Origin: Longimicrobiales bacterium
Lineage (GTDB): Bacteria; Gemmatimonadota; Gemmatimonadetes; Longimicrobiales; Gaopeijiaceae
Direction: 5' to 3'
Length of the DNA stretch: 64,000 nucleotides
Assembly: GCA_965249725.1 (NCBI GenBank)
Contig: OZ252251.1
Span: 448,001 to 512,000 of the forward strand
Each line of letters begins with the position of its first letter. Position 1 is the first letter of the stretch. The position numbers and the translations under genes are program-made. Shown here in pieces: positions 19,880 through 29,287 of the stretch. Below the pieces are notes generated by a model. It was given only the letters and a program-made list of their open reading frames with translations, did no database searches and was not told where the DNA came from.

Positions 19880-21907
19880 TCAAACCGGCGGGAGTCGGAG
19901 CGGGCCCTTGGCCGCCCCGGCCGGATGCTCCTTCGTGTAGAGGCTCAGGTAAAGTCGGCCTTCCCAAAGCGCGTCGAGTTCCGGCCCGCGCAAAGTAACG
20001 CTCCCGGTGGCAGAGGCTGCTCCGGCACCTGACAGCATATGGATCACGGGTCCGACGGGTGTGTCCGCAGCGCGATGAAGATCGACCGCGTGAATCTCGC
20101 CCGCCGGCAAGCCGGTGACGTCGAGATCGTACGACAAGACCCCGGTGGGCAGGTCGAGCACGAACCGTGCCCTGAGTCGAGCCACCGGCCCGTCCGCGAT
20201 GAGGGCGAAGCTTACGGGGGCGGGAGCCAAACCGTCCTCTAGGGGCGGGGTGCTGAACGGTGCTCGGCGAGGTGATGTTGCCTGCTCGTACGCGAATCCG
20301 AGCGCGAGCAGCTGTGCATCGGCGAAGGGCCGGCCCAGCAGTTCGAGCCCCGCCGGGAGACCACTGAGGGTGAACCCCGCCGGGATGCTGAAGGCCGGAA
20401 GCCCCGCCGACGCGCTCAACTGGCAGTTGCTGCCCATTTGGAGATCGCCGATCTGTGCGGGTGGCCGGCGCATGGTCGGATAGATCAGGGCGTCGAGTCG
20501 CTCGTCGTCCATCGCGGTCACCACGGCGTCTCTGACCATCTCCCGCTTGGCCAAGGCCTCACGGTACTCTTCGCTGTCCCGGGACTCCGGGGCATTACGT
20601 AGACTGAACCTGCTCTCCAGGGCGGCGTGATAGAGACCTTGGTCGAGGATGTCCTGCAACGACCCCACCGCCGCACCAGGCGTCGCCGCCAGGTAGTCGA
20701 TCAGGTCCCACTTGAACTCGTGCGCGATGACGCTCGAGTTGGCGAGAAGGTCTTCTAGGTCAGGGATGATTACGTCGATGACGTCGGCGCCCGCGTCGAA
20801 CATCTGCGCGATGGCGGTTCGGATCACGCCGCCCATCTCCTGATCCTCGGGGGCGTCTCCGAACATGTTCGTCAGCACGCCCAGCCGCACTCCCTCGAAG
20901 GTGGCCGTCCCCAGCGAGTCGGCGAACCGGGGAAGCCGGCGACCGCGGAGCGACGCGGTGGCCGGGTCCGCGAGATCCATGCCGATGGTTGCGTCGAGAG
21001 CGATGGCCAGGTCCGTCACGGTCCGGGCCAGCGGCCCCGCCACGTCCTGCGTGTGCGAAAGTGGGATGATGCCGTCGATGCTGGACAACCCCTTCGTGGG
21101 CCTGAGACCGAACAAGTTGTTCTGCGACGCCGGGATGCGAATGGATCCACAGGTGTCCGTGCCCCATCCGATCGCCGCGAAGCTCGCCGCTACGGCCGCT
21201 CCGGTGCCCCCGCTGGAGCCGCCCGGATAACGCGACAGGTCGTACGGATTGAGCGTCTGTCCTCCCAGTGAGCTGATGGTCGTGATCCCGGCCGCCAACT
21301 CGTGGAGGTTGGACTTGCCCACGATGATCGCGCCTGATTCACGCAGCTTGCGGACCTGGAAGGCATCGTCGGGGGGAACGAGTCCGGCGAGAGCCACCGA
21401 TCCCCCGGTGGTCGGCATATCGGCCGTGTCGTAGTTGTCCTTCAAGATGATGGGGATGCCGTGGAGCGGGCCACGCACCGCTCCCGACGCCCGCTCTCGG
21501 TCTCGAGCCCGAGCATCGGAGTGGGCGTTGGGGTTCAGGCGGATCATCGCGTTGAGGCGGGGTCCCTGCTGGTCGTATGCGGCGATCCTGGCCAGGTAGG
21601 CATCCAGGAGGTCCACCGCCGTCGCACGTCCGGAGGCCATCGCCTCCTGCAGCTCCGGAATCGTCGCCTCCACCACGTTGAACTGACCGGTCCCGGCCAT
21701 GCGGCCGGCCAGGAATCCGTTTTGGCCCGACGCGCACAACGGTGACAGCGCCAACAAGAGGAGCGGCATCGTGAGCCACAGGAGACTGGTGGAGAAGCTC
21801 GTCGAGGAGCCCGGCGAGGGGCCCGGCGAGGAGCCCGGCGAGGAGCCCGGCGAGGGGTCCAGGGAGCGACCCTTGGGGCACCCTGCTGAGCAGCTAGAAA
21901 AATCCAT
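19880..21907 (-). CDS. Amidase-signature-family protein with C-terminal CHRD-like domain
   Basis: GPLHGIPIILKDN, GGSSGG, GTDTCGSIRIPA. C-terminus has CHRD pattern (LSYDLDVTGL...LH...GPVI...GRLYLSLYTKEHPAG). Start uncertain (21907 or 21769). Confidence 0.85.
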   Translation of the reverse strand: MDFSSCSAGCPKGRSLDPSPGSSPGSSPGPSPGSSTSFSTSLLWLTMPLLLLALSPLCASGQNGFLAGRMAGTGQFNVVEATIPELQEAMASGRATAVDLLDAYLARIAAYDQQGPRLNAMIRLNPNAHSDARARDRERASGAVRGPLHGIPIILKDNYDTADMPTTGGSVALAGLVPPDDAFQVRKLRESGAIIVGKSNLHELAAGITTISSLGGQTLNPYDLSRYPGGSSGGTGAAVAASFAAIGWGTDTCGSIRIPASQNNLFGLRPTKGLSSIDGIIPLSHTQDVAGPLARTVTDLAIALDATIGMDLADPATASLRGRRLPRFADSLGTATFEGVRLGVLTNMFGDAPEDQEMGGVIRTAIAQMFDAGADVIDVIIPDLEDLLANSSVIAHEFKWDLIDYLAATPGAAVGSLQDILDQGLYHAALESRFSLRNAPESRDSEEYREALAKREMVRDAVVTAMDDERLDALIYPTMRRPPAQIGDLQMGSNCQLSASAGLPAFSIPAGFTLSGLPAGLELLGRPFADAQLLALGFAYEQATSPRRAPFSTPPLEDGLAPAPVSFALIADGPVARLRARFVLDLPTGVLSYDLDVTGLPAGEIHAVDLHRAADTPVGPVIHMLSGAGAASATGSVTLRGPELDALWEGRLYLSLYTKEHPAGAAKGPLRLPPV
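21803..21862 (-). repeat. 12-bp tandem repeat x~5 at the amidase 5' end
   Basis: Plus-strand unit CGAGG(A/G)GCCCGG; encodes PGSS/PGPS repeats if translated. Confidence 0.88.
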
Positions 21908-22069
21908 CCGTGAAGATCCCCTGAGTGACGTGTACCCACAAGAGAAGGCGCTCCCACGACTTGGCACGTGTCCTGCATCCCTTGGACTTCGGCAGCGACC
22001 GGGTCCTGTGATCGCAGATCGTGTTACGCCGCCCTTTTCACGCTGGATTACACAGCGGAGCGGGCCGTT

Positions 22070-22696
22070 ATGCGATTGGCACATTTTTCCGGATCCCGTA
22101 CAGAAGTAACGATTCTAGTCATTGCGGGGTTCCTCGGCCTCGGCACTGGTGCGTGCAGCGACGAACCCACGGGTGTCCACCTGTCCAGCGTTCGGGTCCT
22201 TCTCACAGGCACTCCGTCCGACGTCATCGCAAGCGCGGACGTTTGGATCTCGAGGGTCTACCTGGAGAGCGACGATGACCTGCCTGGCGGTGGGGTCGTC
22301 GATCTCTTCAACGATCCCGACAGCCCCCAACGGTACGATCTCCTCACCCTTCGCGATGGCGTCACTGCCGACCTCACCGATGTGGTCGATGTAGACGTGG
22401 GGCTCTATGGCACGCTGCGGTTGGTCGTGGACAGCGCACGGGTGACTCTGGTGGAGGGCTTGTCGTTCGAGGACGGCACCGAAGCCTCCACGCTCCGCGC
22501 GCCCGGCGGGAGCACGAGTGGCATCAAGGTGCTCCTGGACTACGACCTCGAGACGGTGGAGGGTGAGATCACCACCGTGACGGTCGACTTCGACGTGGAC
22601 GAGAACTTCGTCATCCAAGGGAACCACGCTCCGAGGGGAGTGCGACGGGTCCTGTTCACGCCGCTCTTGAGGGAGTTCGCCCGTTACAGGACCTGA
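22070..22696 (+). CDS. DUF4382-like lipoprotein
   Basis: Lipobox TGAC; VLLTGTP, DLLTL, SGIKV and VDFDVDENF motifs. Confidence 0.7.
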   Translation: MRLAHFSGSRTEVTILVIAGFLGLGTGACSDEPTGVHLSSVRVLLTGTPSDVIASADVWISRVYLESDDDLPGGGVVDLFNDPDSPQRYDLLTLRDGVTADLTDVVDVDVGLYGTLRLVVDSARVTLVEGLSFEDGTEASTLRAPGGSTSGIKVLLDYDLETVEGEITTVTVDFDVDENFVIQGNHAPRGVRRVLFTPLLREFARYRT

Positions 22697-22810
22697 ACGC
22701 GGGCCCCTGAACCGGTTGCGTGGATCCCTTATGGGGGGGCGAGGCGTTTAACGAGAGGATGCGAACCGGCATCCATTCGCTAAGTACGTGTCGATTCCAG
22801 AAGGACTGCC

Positions 22811-24922
22811 GTGATCCGCTTCACTCCGCCGCTCCCGATTCCGAGATCTTCGACTCAGCCGCAAGCACATACGGCTCTTTCGATCGCGTACCAGCGATCG
22901 CGGCTTCTTGTATGGCTCACCCTGACGGGTGCGCTTGCCCCATTCACCCGACCGCTGGCGGGGCAGTACGCGCCGCCCAGCGTCGCCGATTCCATGGAGC
23001 TTCTGGAGGACGCGAAGGACGTCCAGGCTCGTTACGAGCGCTATCGAGAGCAGCGCACCCCCCCTGCTCTCGCCGACCTGAGTCGCCGGTGCGACGACAT
23101 CGTCGGGCGCTTCTGTTCCCGGTTTCCGGACCACATGGACGCGGACGAATGGCGGGCCCCGGAGGAGTTGCCGGAGCTCGAGCTGGCTCGGACCCGGGTG
23201 CTCAAGGATCTCGGTGAAATCGCCCAGGAGATTCCGGGTGATCTTTGGATTCTGGGCCAGCGGGTCTACTACCTGATCGACAAGGGCGCCCTCGCGAGCG
23301 CCGCCGGTCTGGCCAGGAGGTGCGGGGGTCGTGCCCACTGGTGGTGCACGGCGCTGGCGGCCTATGTCCACCATGCCCGGGGGGCGTGGACCACGGCCGA
23401 CGAGGTGTTCGCACAGGCCCTGGCCGAGATGCCAGCCGACACCGCCGCCCGCTGGCGCGCTCCAGGGCATCTTCTCGAGGAGTCGGCGCTTGATATGTAC
23501 GAGAAGGCGGTGGACAAGGAGAGTGTAGAGCGGAACCTCTGGCTGCTTGCCGATCCCCTTTATCTGGTCGAGGGCAACGATCGTAAGACGGAGCAGTACG
23601 CTCGGCAGGTGCTCGTCCGGATGAGAGCCGAGGCCATCAACGGCACGGGCCTGGACTGGGATGAGGATCTGGAGGAGGTCACGCTCCGCTGGGGTCCGCC
23701 AGAGGCGTGGTCCCGCGAGCGTGAGTTGCCCACAGGGGACTCCCTGGTGGACAGCCGACGCATGGTGAGTCACCGGAGGGGACAGGCTTTCCTGCCGCCG
23801 GCGAAAGTCCTCGAAGATCCCTCGGAGGTGGCGCCGGCGGAATGGGTCTTGGGGGAGCGGGCGCGGATGGAACTTCGGCAGAAATCAGCGCTCGTGGATC
23901 CCATCAACAGCGGCAGCATGCTGGAGCGGGCTACCCAGAACAGTGACCTGTTCGGTGATTCCGCTGATCTGACCGCCATCTTCCGCGACGGCATCATCAG
24001 GTCCGGACCGCGCACCGGGTACACGGCGCCGTACGCGAAGGATTTCGGTCTTCTCGAAACCCAGGTCGCCCGCTTCAGGCGGGGCGACTCGCTCCTGGTG
24101 GCGGCGGCGTTCGCCCGCAAGGCTGCGGAGAAGCTGGATCCCGGCGCTCCACCGCCGGTCGCTCCGCGAAAGGAAGACGGTGTGGACCTGAGAGCGGCGC
24201 GCAACGAGAGCCGTTCGGACAAGCAGAAGAGAACGAACCCGTTCGGTGAAGTGCGTGAGGTACCCGTTCCGTTCATTGCCAAGGCGTCCGAGGAGCGCAT
24301 CCAGTCGGGGCTGTTCCTGATCGACTCCGAGAGCGGACAGCCGTTCGAGGTTCGGGGTGAGGGTGCCGGGGGCACCTTCCAGCTCAGGGCGCCCAACCGG
24401 CATTATGTCGTCGGATTAGAGGCGTTCAGCCCCGACGAACAGAAGGCCTGGCGAGATCGCCACGGTTTGTGGCAGGACCCGCTCGTGCCGGGGCTGGCGG
24501 CCATCTCGGACCTGCTGATCCTGGAGGGAGGTGGCGGACTCCCGACTTCGTTGGATGAGGCACTCCCAACGGCGCTACCCGCTGTAAGGATCGAGTCGGG
24601 CGATGGATTCAAGGTCGCGTGGGAGCTCTACGGGCTCAGGGTTGGCGAGTCGGCGAGCGTCCGGATCGGAGTGAACCGCGGTCGAAGCAGCATCGTGACC
24701 CGCCTGGGTGAGTTCTTACGTGTCGTCGAGCCGAACGAGCCCGTGGTCATGACCTGGGAGGAGGCCGGCCCCGACGTGCTCGGAACGGTGTTCCGCGCGG
24801 TGGAGCTGAATCTGCCCGACCTGGAGCCGGGCGACTACACGCTAACGGTGGAAATAGAACTCTCCGGTCGCGAGCCCATGATGGTCGCACGGCCCATCAG
24901 TATCGTGCCGGGGTCCGAGTAG
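22811..24922 (+). CDS. Large exported hypothetical protein (GWxTD-like segment, C-terminal Ig-like region)
   Basis: 703-aa ORF with signal-like N-terminus, DPLYL...ND...LRWGPP segment and C-terminal LEPGDYTLTVEI. Confidence 0.6.
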   Translation: MIRFTPPLPIPRSSTQPQAHTALSIAYQRSRLLVWLTLTGALAPFTRPLAGQYAPPSVADSMELLEDAKDVQARYERYREQRTPPALADLSRRCDDIVGRFCSRFPDHMDADEWRAPEELPELELARTRVLKDLGEIAQEIPGDLWILGQRVYYLIDKGALASAAGLARRCGGRAHWWCTALAAYVHHARGAWTTADEVFAQALAEMPADTAARWRAPGHLLEESALDMYEKAVDKESVERNLWLLADPLYLVEGNDRKTEQYARQVLVRMRAEAINGTGLDWDEDLEEVTLRWGPPEAWSRERELPTGDSLVDSRRMVSHRRGQAFLPPAKVLEDPSEVAPAEWVLGERARMELRQKSALVDPINSGSMLERATQNSDLFGDSADLTAIFRDGIIRSGPRTGYTAPYAKDFGLLETQVARFRRGDSLLVAAAFARKAAEKLDPGAPPPVAPRKEDGVDLRAARNESRSDKQKRTNPFGEVREVPVPFIAKASEERIQSGLFLIDSESGQPFEVRGEGAGGTFQLRAPNRHYVVGLEAFSPDEQKAWRDRHGLWQDPLVPGLAAISDLLILEGGGGLPTSLDEALPTALPAVRIESGDGFKVAWELYGLRVGESASVRIGVNRGRSSIVTRLGEFLRVVEPNEPVVMTWEEAGPDVLGTVFRAVELNLPDLEPGDYTLTVEIELSGREPMMVARPISIVPGSE

Positions 24923-25057
24923 GTTCACCGGGCGACGGGGTTGCAGGTGAGACGATGAATGGGCACCCGTACGGGCCTGGATGATGATGGCGCCTGTCTC
25001 TCTTTGACGGTAAGTATCGGGGTTTGCTGCCTCGTACATCGCCATTGGGAGACCGCC

Positions 25058-25909
25058 ATGACACCGACGCTGCCGGGGTACGCCGCGATTGCGGGCGTGA
25101 TCCTGACCCTCGCCTTGGTCACCACCCGAATGCCGCGGCCCGCGATGTCGGGGCTCGACCCGAGGTCAGGGACCGCGTCGATCATTGAAACGAGAGACCA
25201 GGTGAAACCGAACAACATCGTCGAGCTCCTGAAGGACGGCCAAGCCGTGTTCGGCGTCTTCTCGGGCGACAAGACGGCGGAGCAGGGGGCCAAGATCGTA
25301 GAGAACCGGGAGACCGACTTCGTCTTCTACTCCCTCGAGACGGGCCCCTTCGACATTCCCGCCATGGAGGTCTACATGCGAGCCATGGTGGACGCTGGGG
25401 GTGACGATGCGCACCCCATCGTGCTCCGTATTCCACCCATCCGCGACGGCCGCGAGGTAGCGGGGCAACGGGTGGGGCGAGGTCTCGATGCGTGGGTCGA
25501 CGGGATCGTCTTTCCGCATGTGGAGACGGCGGCCGAAGCCGCCTTCGCGGTGAGTTCCATGGGCGACGAGCTGTGGCCGTCGAATCCCGAGGGGCGGTTG
25601 CTCAACATCCTGCTCATCGAGGACCAGATAGGGGTCGCGAACGCCCGTGAGATCGTGAGCACACCGGGTGTGGGTGTGGTGATTCCCGGACCTGGCGATC
25701 TTCGGCGGGCCTACGAGGGGGACGCCGGGGCCATCGAGGGCGCCATTCAGACCGTGCTGTCCGCCTGCAAGGAGTTCGACGTCCCGTGCGGCATCACGGC
25801 AGGGGCCGACGACATTGCGGAACGCCTCGATCAGGGCTTCCGGCTCATCATCGTCAACGGTGATGACGCTTTGGCCGTGGGAAGGCTCGCCGCGGGACGC
25901 GACGACTAG
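25058..25909 (+). CDS. HpcH/HpaI aldolase/citrate-lyase-family protein with hydrophobic leader
   Basis: LRIP, GIVFPHVE, LIED and GPGDL motifs; hydrophobic N-terminus. Confidence 0.75.
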   Translation: MTPTLPGYAAIAGVILTLALVTTRMPRPAMSGLDPRSGTASIIETRDQVKPNNIVELLKDGQAVFGVFSGDKTAEQGAKIVENRETDFVFYSLETGPFDIPAMEVYMRAMVDAGGDDAHPIVLRIPPIRDGREVAGQRVGRGLDAWVDGIVFPHVETAAEAAFAVSSMGDELWPSNPEGRLLNILLIEDQIGVANAREIVSTPGVGVVIPGPGDLRRAYEGDAGAIEGAIQTVLSACKEFDVPCGITAGADDIAERLDQGFRLIIVNGDDALAVGRLAAGRDD

Positions 25910-26811
25910 TGCGACCTCTCTCGGTCGTCTGGAGGACGCTCGCCGTGGGGTTGCTGATCCTCGGCGGCACCGCCTGTCAGCCGGACGCAGCCGGTGAGGA
26001 AGGGGAGGGCGCACAGACCGCGGAGGTCGCCGGTGAGCACGAAAACGTCATCATCGACCTTTGGGCCGCCGGTACCGCGACGTTTGGCGTTTTCGTTCCC
26101 AATGAGCGCCCTCCCACCGAGGAGCAGAGGCGGGGCGGAGAGCGACCCGCCCCGGTCTACACTCGCGAGGGTGGCGAGAGGCTGGCTCAGAATCCGCTCT
26201 ACGACTTCCTCTTTCTGAATCTGGAAGGCCGATACGACGTCGCAGCGGTCGGGGCCATCGCCGAGGGACTCCGCAGCTCCAGTGCCGTCGGGCGAAAGAC
26301 GCTCCTGGTGCGCATCCCGCCCCTCGAGAGGGATGGAGAGGGGGTCACCCGGGCCCGCGTGAGAGAGATCCTGGAGCTCGGGGCCGACGGGATCGTGTTT
26401 CCCCACGTCAGAAGTCCGGAGGAGGCTCGGACCATCGTGAGTTTCTTCGATGATACCGGGGCAGACGTGTGGTCCCCCGCGAATCCGACCGGTGAAGTAC
26501 TCGCCATGATCATGGTCGAGGATCCCGCGGCCGTGGCCGCTGTGGAGGAGATCGCCGATACTCCCGGCTACAGCCTATTGGCCTGTGGCATCGGGAGCCT
26601 GAGGGGGGCGCTCGACGGAGATCGAGATGCCGCAGAGGCGGGGAACCAGGAGGTGCTCCGGCACGCCAGGCGCGTGGGGCTGCCCGACATGATCACGGCC
26701 AACGCCGGGGACATCGAGGCGCGGATTCAGCAGGGCTTCCTGGGCCTGCTCATGCAGGGCCCCGAGGCCGACGAGGTGATTCGGATCGGGCGGGCGGCGG
26801 CAGGCCGGTAG
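25909..26811 (+). CDS. HpcH/HpaI-family lipoprotein (paralogue of upstream gene)
   Basis: Lipobox GTAC; VRIP, GADGIVFPHV, MVED, GIGSL; shares WxPxNPxG with neighbour. Confidence 0.72.
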   Translation: MRPLSVVWRTLAVGLLILGGTACQPDAAGEEGEGAQTAEVAGEHENVIIDLWAAGTATFGVFVPNERPPTEEQRRGGERPAPVYTREGGERLAQNPLYDFLFLNLEGRYDVAAVGAIAEGLRSSSAVGRKTLLVRIPPLERDGEGVTRARVREILELGADGIVFPHVRSPEEARTIVSFFDDTGADVWSPANPTGEVLAMIMVEDPAAVAAVEEIADTPGYSLLACGIGSLRGALDGDRDAAEAGNQEVLRHARRVGLPDMITANAGDIEARIQQGFLGLLMQGPEADEVIRIGRAAAGR

Positions 26812-26849
26812 CCGGCCGCAAAGATGGGCCGGCCCAGCGGGTGGAACGC

Positions 26850-27380
26850 CTAGCGGCTTCCCGTCGTGTCGGGTGGCTCGGTGTTCGCCGCGACGTAGGC
26901 GGTCGCGAACTCCTCGACCTTGCCCTCTAGAGCTTCCTGAAGAGCCGCTTGGGCCGTGGTCGCATCTCCTACACCCACCTCGGTCGACCACCAGGTGACG
27001 GCCTCCGGCAGGGAAATCTGGGAGTCGCGCGTCATCTGGGCCGACTGTTGCACGCGGACCGCAACGGAGTAGGCGACGGCGCCCGAGCCCTCTCCCGCGG
27101 CACACTCCAGTGTGATCCGCAGCTCCGGCAACGCCGGATTCCGGAGCATCTCTCCCTCGGTGAGCAGGTCGACCTCCGATTCGACCAGAATCGATTCCGC
27201 GTCGGCCTGAACTACCTGGCGTGTCATCCCGACGCTCTGGCACGTGGCTGCTTCGGTTCGTACGAATACGCCGCCGAGGTCCTCGAGCGTGTAGCGATTC
27301 CATACCGTGTCTTGCGCTACCACGTCCGTGGGAATCGACATCACCGTCAGCGCGACGAGCGCGCACACTATCCGTCTCAT
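26850..27380 (-). CDS. Exported hypothetical protein
   Basis: Signal peptide (VVA-Q); co-directional with ankyrin cluster. Confidence 0.6.
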   Translation of the reverse strand: MRRIVCALVALTVMSIPTDVVAQDTVWNRYTLEDLGGVFVRTEAATCQSVGMTRQVVQADAESILVESEVDLLTEGEMLRNPALPELRITLECAAGEGSGAVAYSVAVRVQQSAQMTRDSQISLPEAVTWWSTEVGVGDATTAQAALQEALEGKVEEFATAYVAANTEPPDTTGSR

Positions 27381-27419
27381 TCTTCTACTCCGTAACGTCT
27401 ATTCCGTAATCGGCCGGCT

Positions 27420-29243
27420 CTATCTCGACGCGCCGCCGCAGGATCTGCACTGATGGTTGTTCTCTGAGCCCAGCTTCTCGAGCAGGGCGATCGTGACGGG
27501 GTGCGGCTGAGCTCTCTGCTCGGGGCTGTTCGCCAGGTCGGCGGTGGTCTGGCCGCGCCGGCTGATCAACATGACGTCCGCTCCCTGACTGACCAGGTAG
27601 AGGATCGTCTCGTTGTCCCCTCGCGCGGCGGAATGATGAAGGGCGGTGTAGCCGTCCTTGTCCCGCAGGTTCGGGTCGACTCCCAGCTCTTCGATCAGGT
27701 ACACCACGGCGGGAAGCCATCCCTCAGGCACGTGCCGGTGCGTCTGCGCGACACGAGACGTACCGAAGCCCACGCCGGACGCGGCGTGGATGGCATGTGT
27801 GCCGGGCCCACCGTGGGGCACTACGGGCAACCCGGAGGGATCCTGCGGTTCCGGCTCATTGTTGGCCGGGTTGTTCGGTACGTCCGGGTCCACGCGACGG
27901 GGGCGAGGAAGGTTGTACGTCCAGATGTTCGGGTCGGCGCCGTTCGCCACGAGCAGCTGCATGGCCCTCACGTCCGCGGCGTAGGCGGCGCGCCAGAAGG
28001 GCGTCGCGCCCGCGAAGTCCACGCCCATCCGCCCCGCGTTGTATGCGGCGTACCAGATGTGGGTGGTGACCCTCTCATTCGGGTCCGCGCCGGCCCGGAG
28101 GAGCAGCTCCATGAGGTCGAGATAGGAGGTTTCCTGCTGGCGGAACGCCTGGGGCTGAGGGTACCAGGTCCTGAGCGACCACTCGATGTTGAGCGTCGCG
28201 AACAAGGGCCCGGCCCCGTCGTCACTGAGCAGGTTGGGGTCCGCCCCGGCCTCGAGGAGATCTCTGCCCAGGTCGTAGTTGCCGTTGATCACGGCGACCA
28301 GAAGGGCGCTCGACTGGTCCCCGGCCGTCACTTGATCGACGTCGGCCCCGGCGTGCACCAGAAGACGCGCCGCATCGATGTGCCCTTCGCGCGCCGCGAA
28401 GTGGAGTGCCGTGAACCCGCCCTGTAGCCCGATCTGCTCATTGGAGGAGAGGAGTTTCGGGAGCTTGGGGACTCTCGGCTCCTCTGCGGGCGTCGCGGAA
28501 TTCTGCTGCCCACCGCTGGGTTCCTCGGCCTCAGCATCCGGGTCCGGATCTTCGGCGGCTTTGCGCACTCGCGCGCGTCGCTCGCGTTCGGCCGTCGCCG
28601 CGTCCGCGATCTCGACGTAGTTCTTCACGGCGGTCGTCGCGGAAAGGTCGGCCCCGGCGTCCAGGATCGCCTGCATGGCCTCGAGTGCGTTTCGGACCGA
28701 GGCGAACATGATGGGTGTGCGGTTCGAGAACGAGTCCTCGGCGTTCACATCAGCGCCGTACTCGGCCAACGCGGCGACGGCATCCGCGTCGTCGGCCTCG
28801 GCCGCAAAATGAAGAGCCATGACTCCGGTGGTCGTGTACTCGTTCGGGTCGGCTTCGGCCTCGAGCAGCGCCCGCACGATGGCCGAGTGACCTGCCCGAC
28901 TGGCAAGGTGCAGGGGCGTGTACCCACCTACCCGCGTGACCGGTTTCACCGTAGCACCGGCGTAGAGCAGGACCCGTGCGATCTCGACTTGGTCGTTGAG
29001 GGCCGCCCAGTGAAGCGCGGTGAGCCCGTCCGCCTGGGCCGCGTTGGGATCGGCTCCCTGCTGCAGCAGCGTGCGCACCGCTTCTGCATCGCCCCGCTGT
29101 GCCGCGTCGGCCACCGGCGCCTCCACCGGCGCTTCCACCGGCGCTTCCACGGGGGCCTCGGCGGGCGTGGCGCCCGCCAGCACGGTGAGCGTCAGCGCCA
29201 GGAGTGACGCCGTCCGGAGCCTCGCCTTCTGTTTTCCTACCAT
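27420..29243 (-). CDS. Exported ankyrin-repeat protein
   Basis: Multiple GADPN...TALHWAA/TPLHLA ankyrin repeats; signal peptide followed by EAPV x4 (12-bp DNA repeat 29111-29158). Confidence 0.9.
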   Translation of the reverse strand: MVGKQKARLRTASLLALTLTVLAGATPAEAPVEAPVEAPVEAPVADAAQRGDAEAVRTLLQQGADPNAAQADGLTALHWAALNDQVEIARVLLYAGATVKPVTRVGGYTPLHLASRAGHSAIVRALLEAEADPNEYTTTGVMALHFAAEADDADAVAALAEYGADVNAEDSFSNRTPIMFASVRNALEAMQAILDAGADLSATTAVKNYVEIADAATAERERRARVRKAAEDPDPDAEAEEPSGGQQNSATPAEEPRVPKLPKLLSSNEQIGLQGGFTALHFAAREGHIDAARLLVHAGADVDQVTAGDQSSALLVAVINGNYDLGRDLLEAGADPNLLSDDGAGPLFATLNIEWSLRTWYPQPQAFRQQETSYLDLMELLLRAGADPNERVTTHIWYAAYNAGRMGVDFAGATPFWRAAYAADVRAMQLLVANGADPNIWTYNLPRPRRVDPDVPNNPANNEPEPQDPSGLPVVPHGGPGTHAIHAASGVGFGTSRVAQTHRHVPEGWLPAVVYLIEELGVDPNLRDKDGYTALHHSAARGDNETILYLVSQGADVMLISRRGQTTADLANSPEQRAQPHPVTIALLEKLGSENNHQCRSCGGASR

Positions 29244-29287
29244 GTCTCGTTCCCTCTGCCCATATGAGGCCCCTTCAGCGCCCCCTC

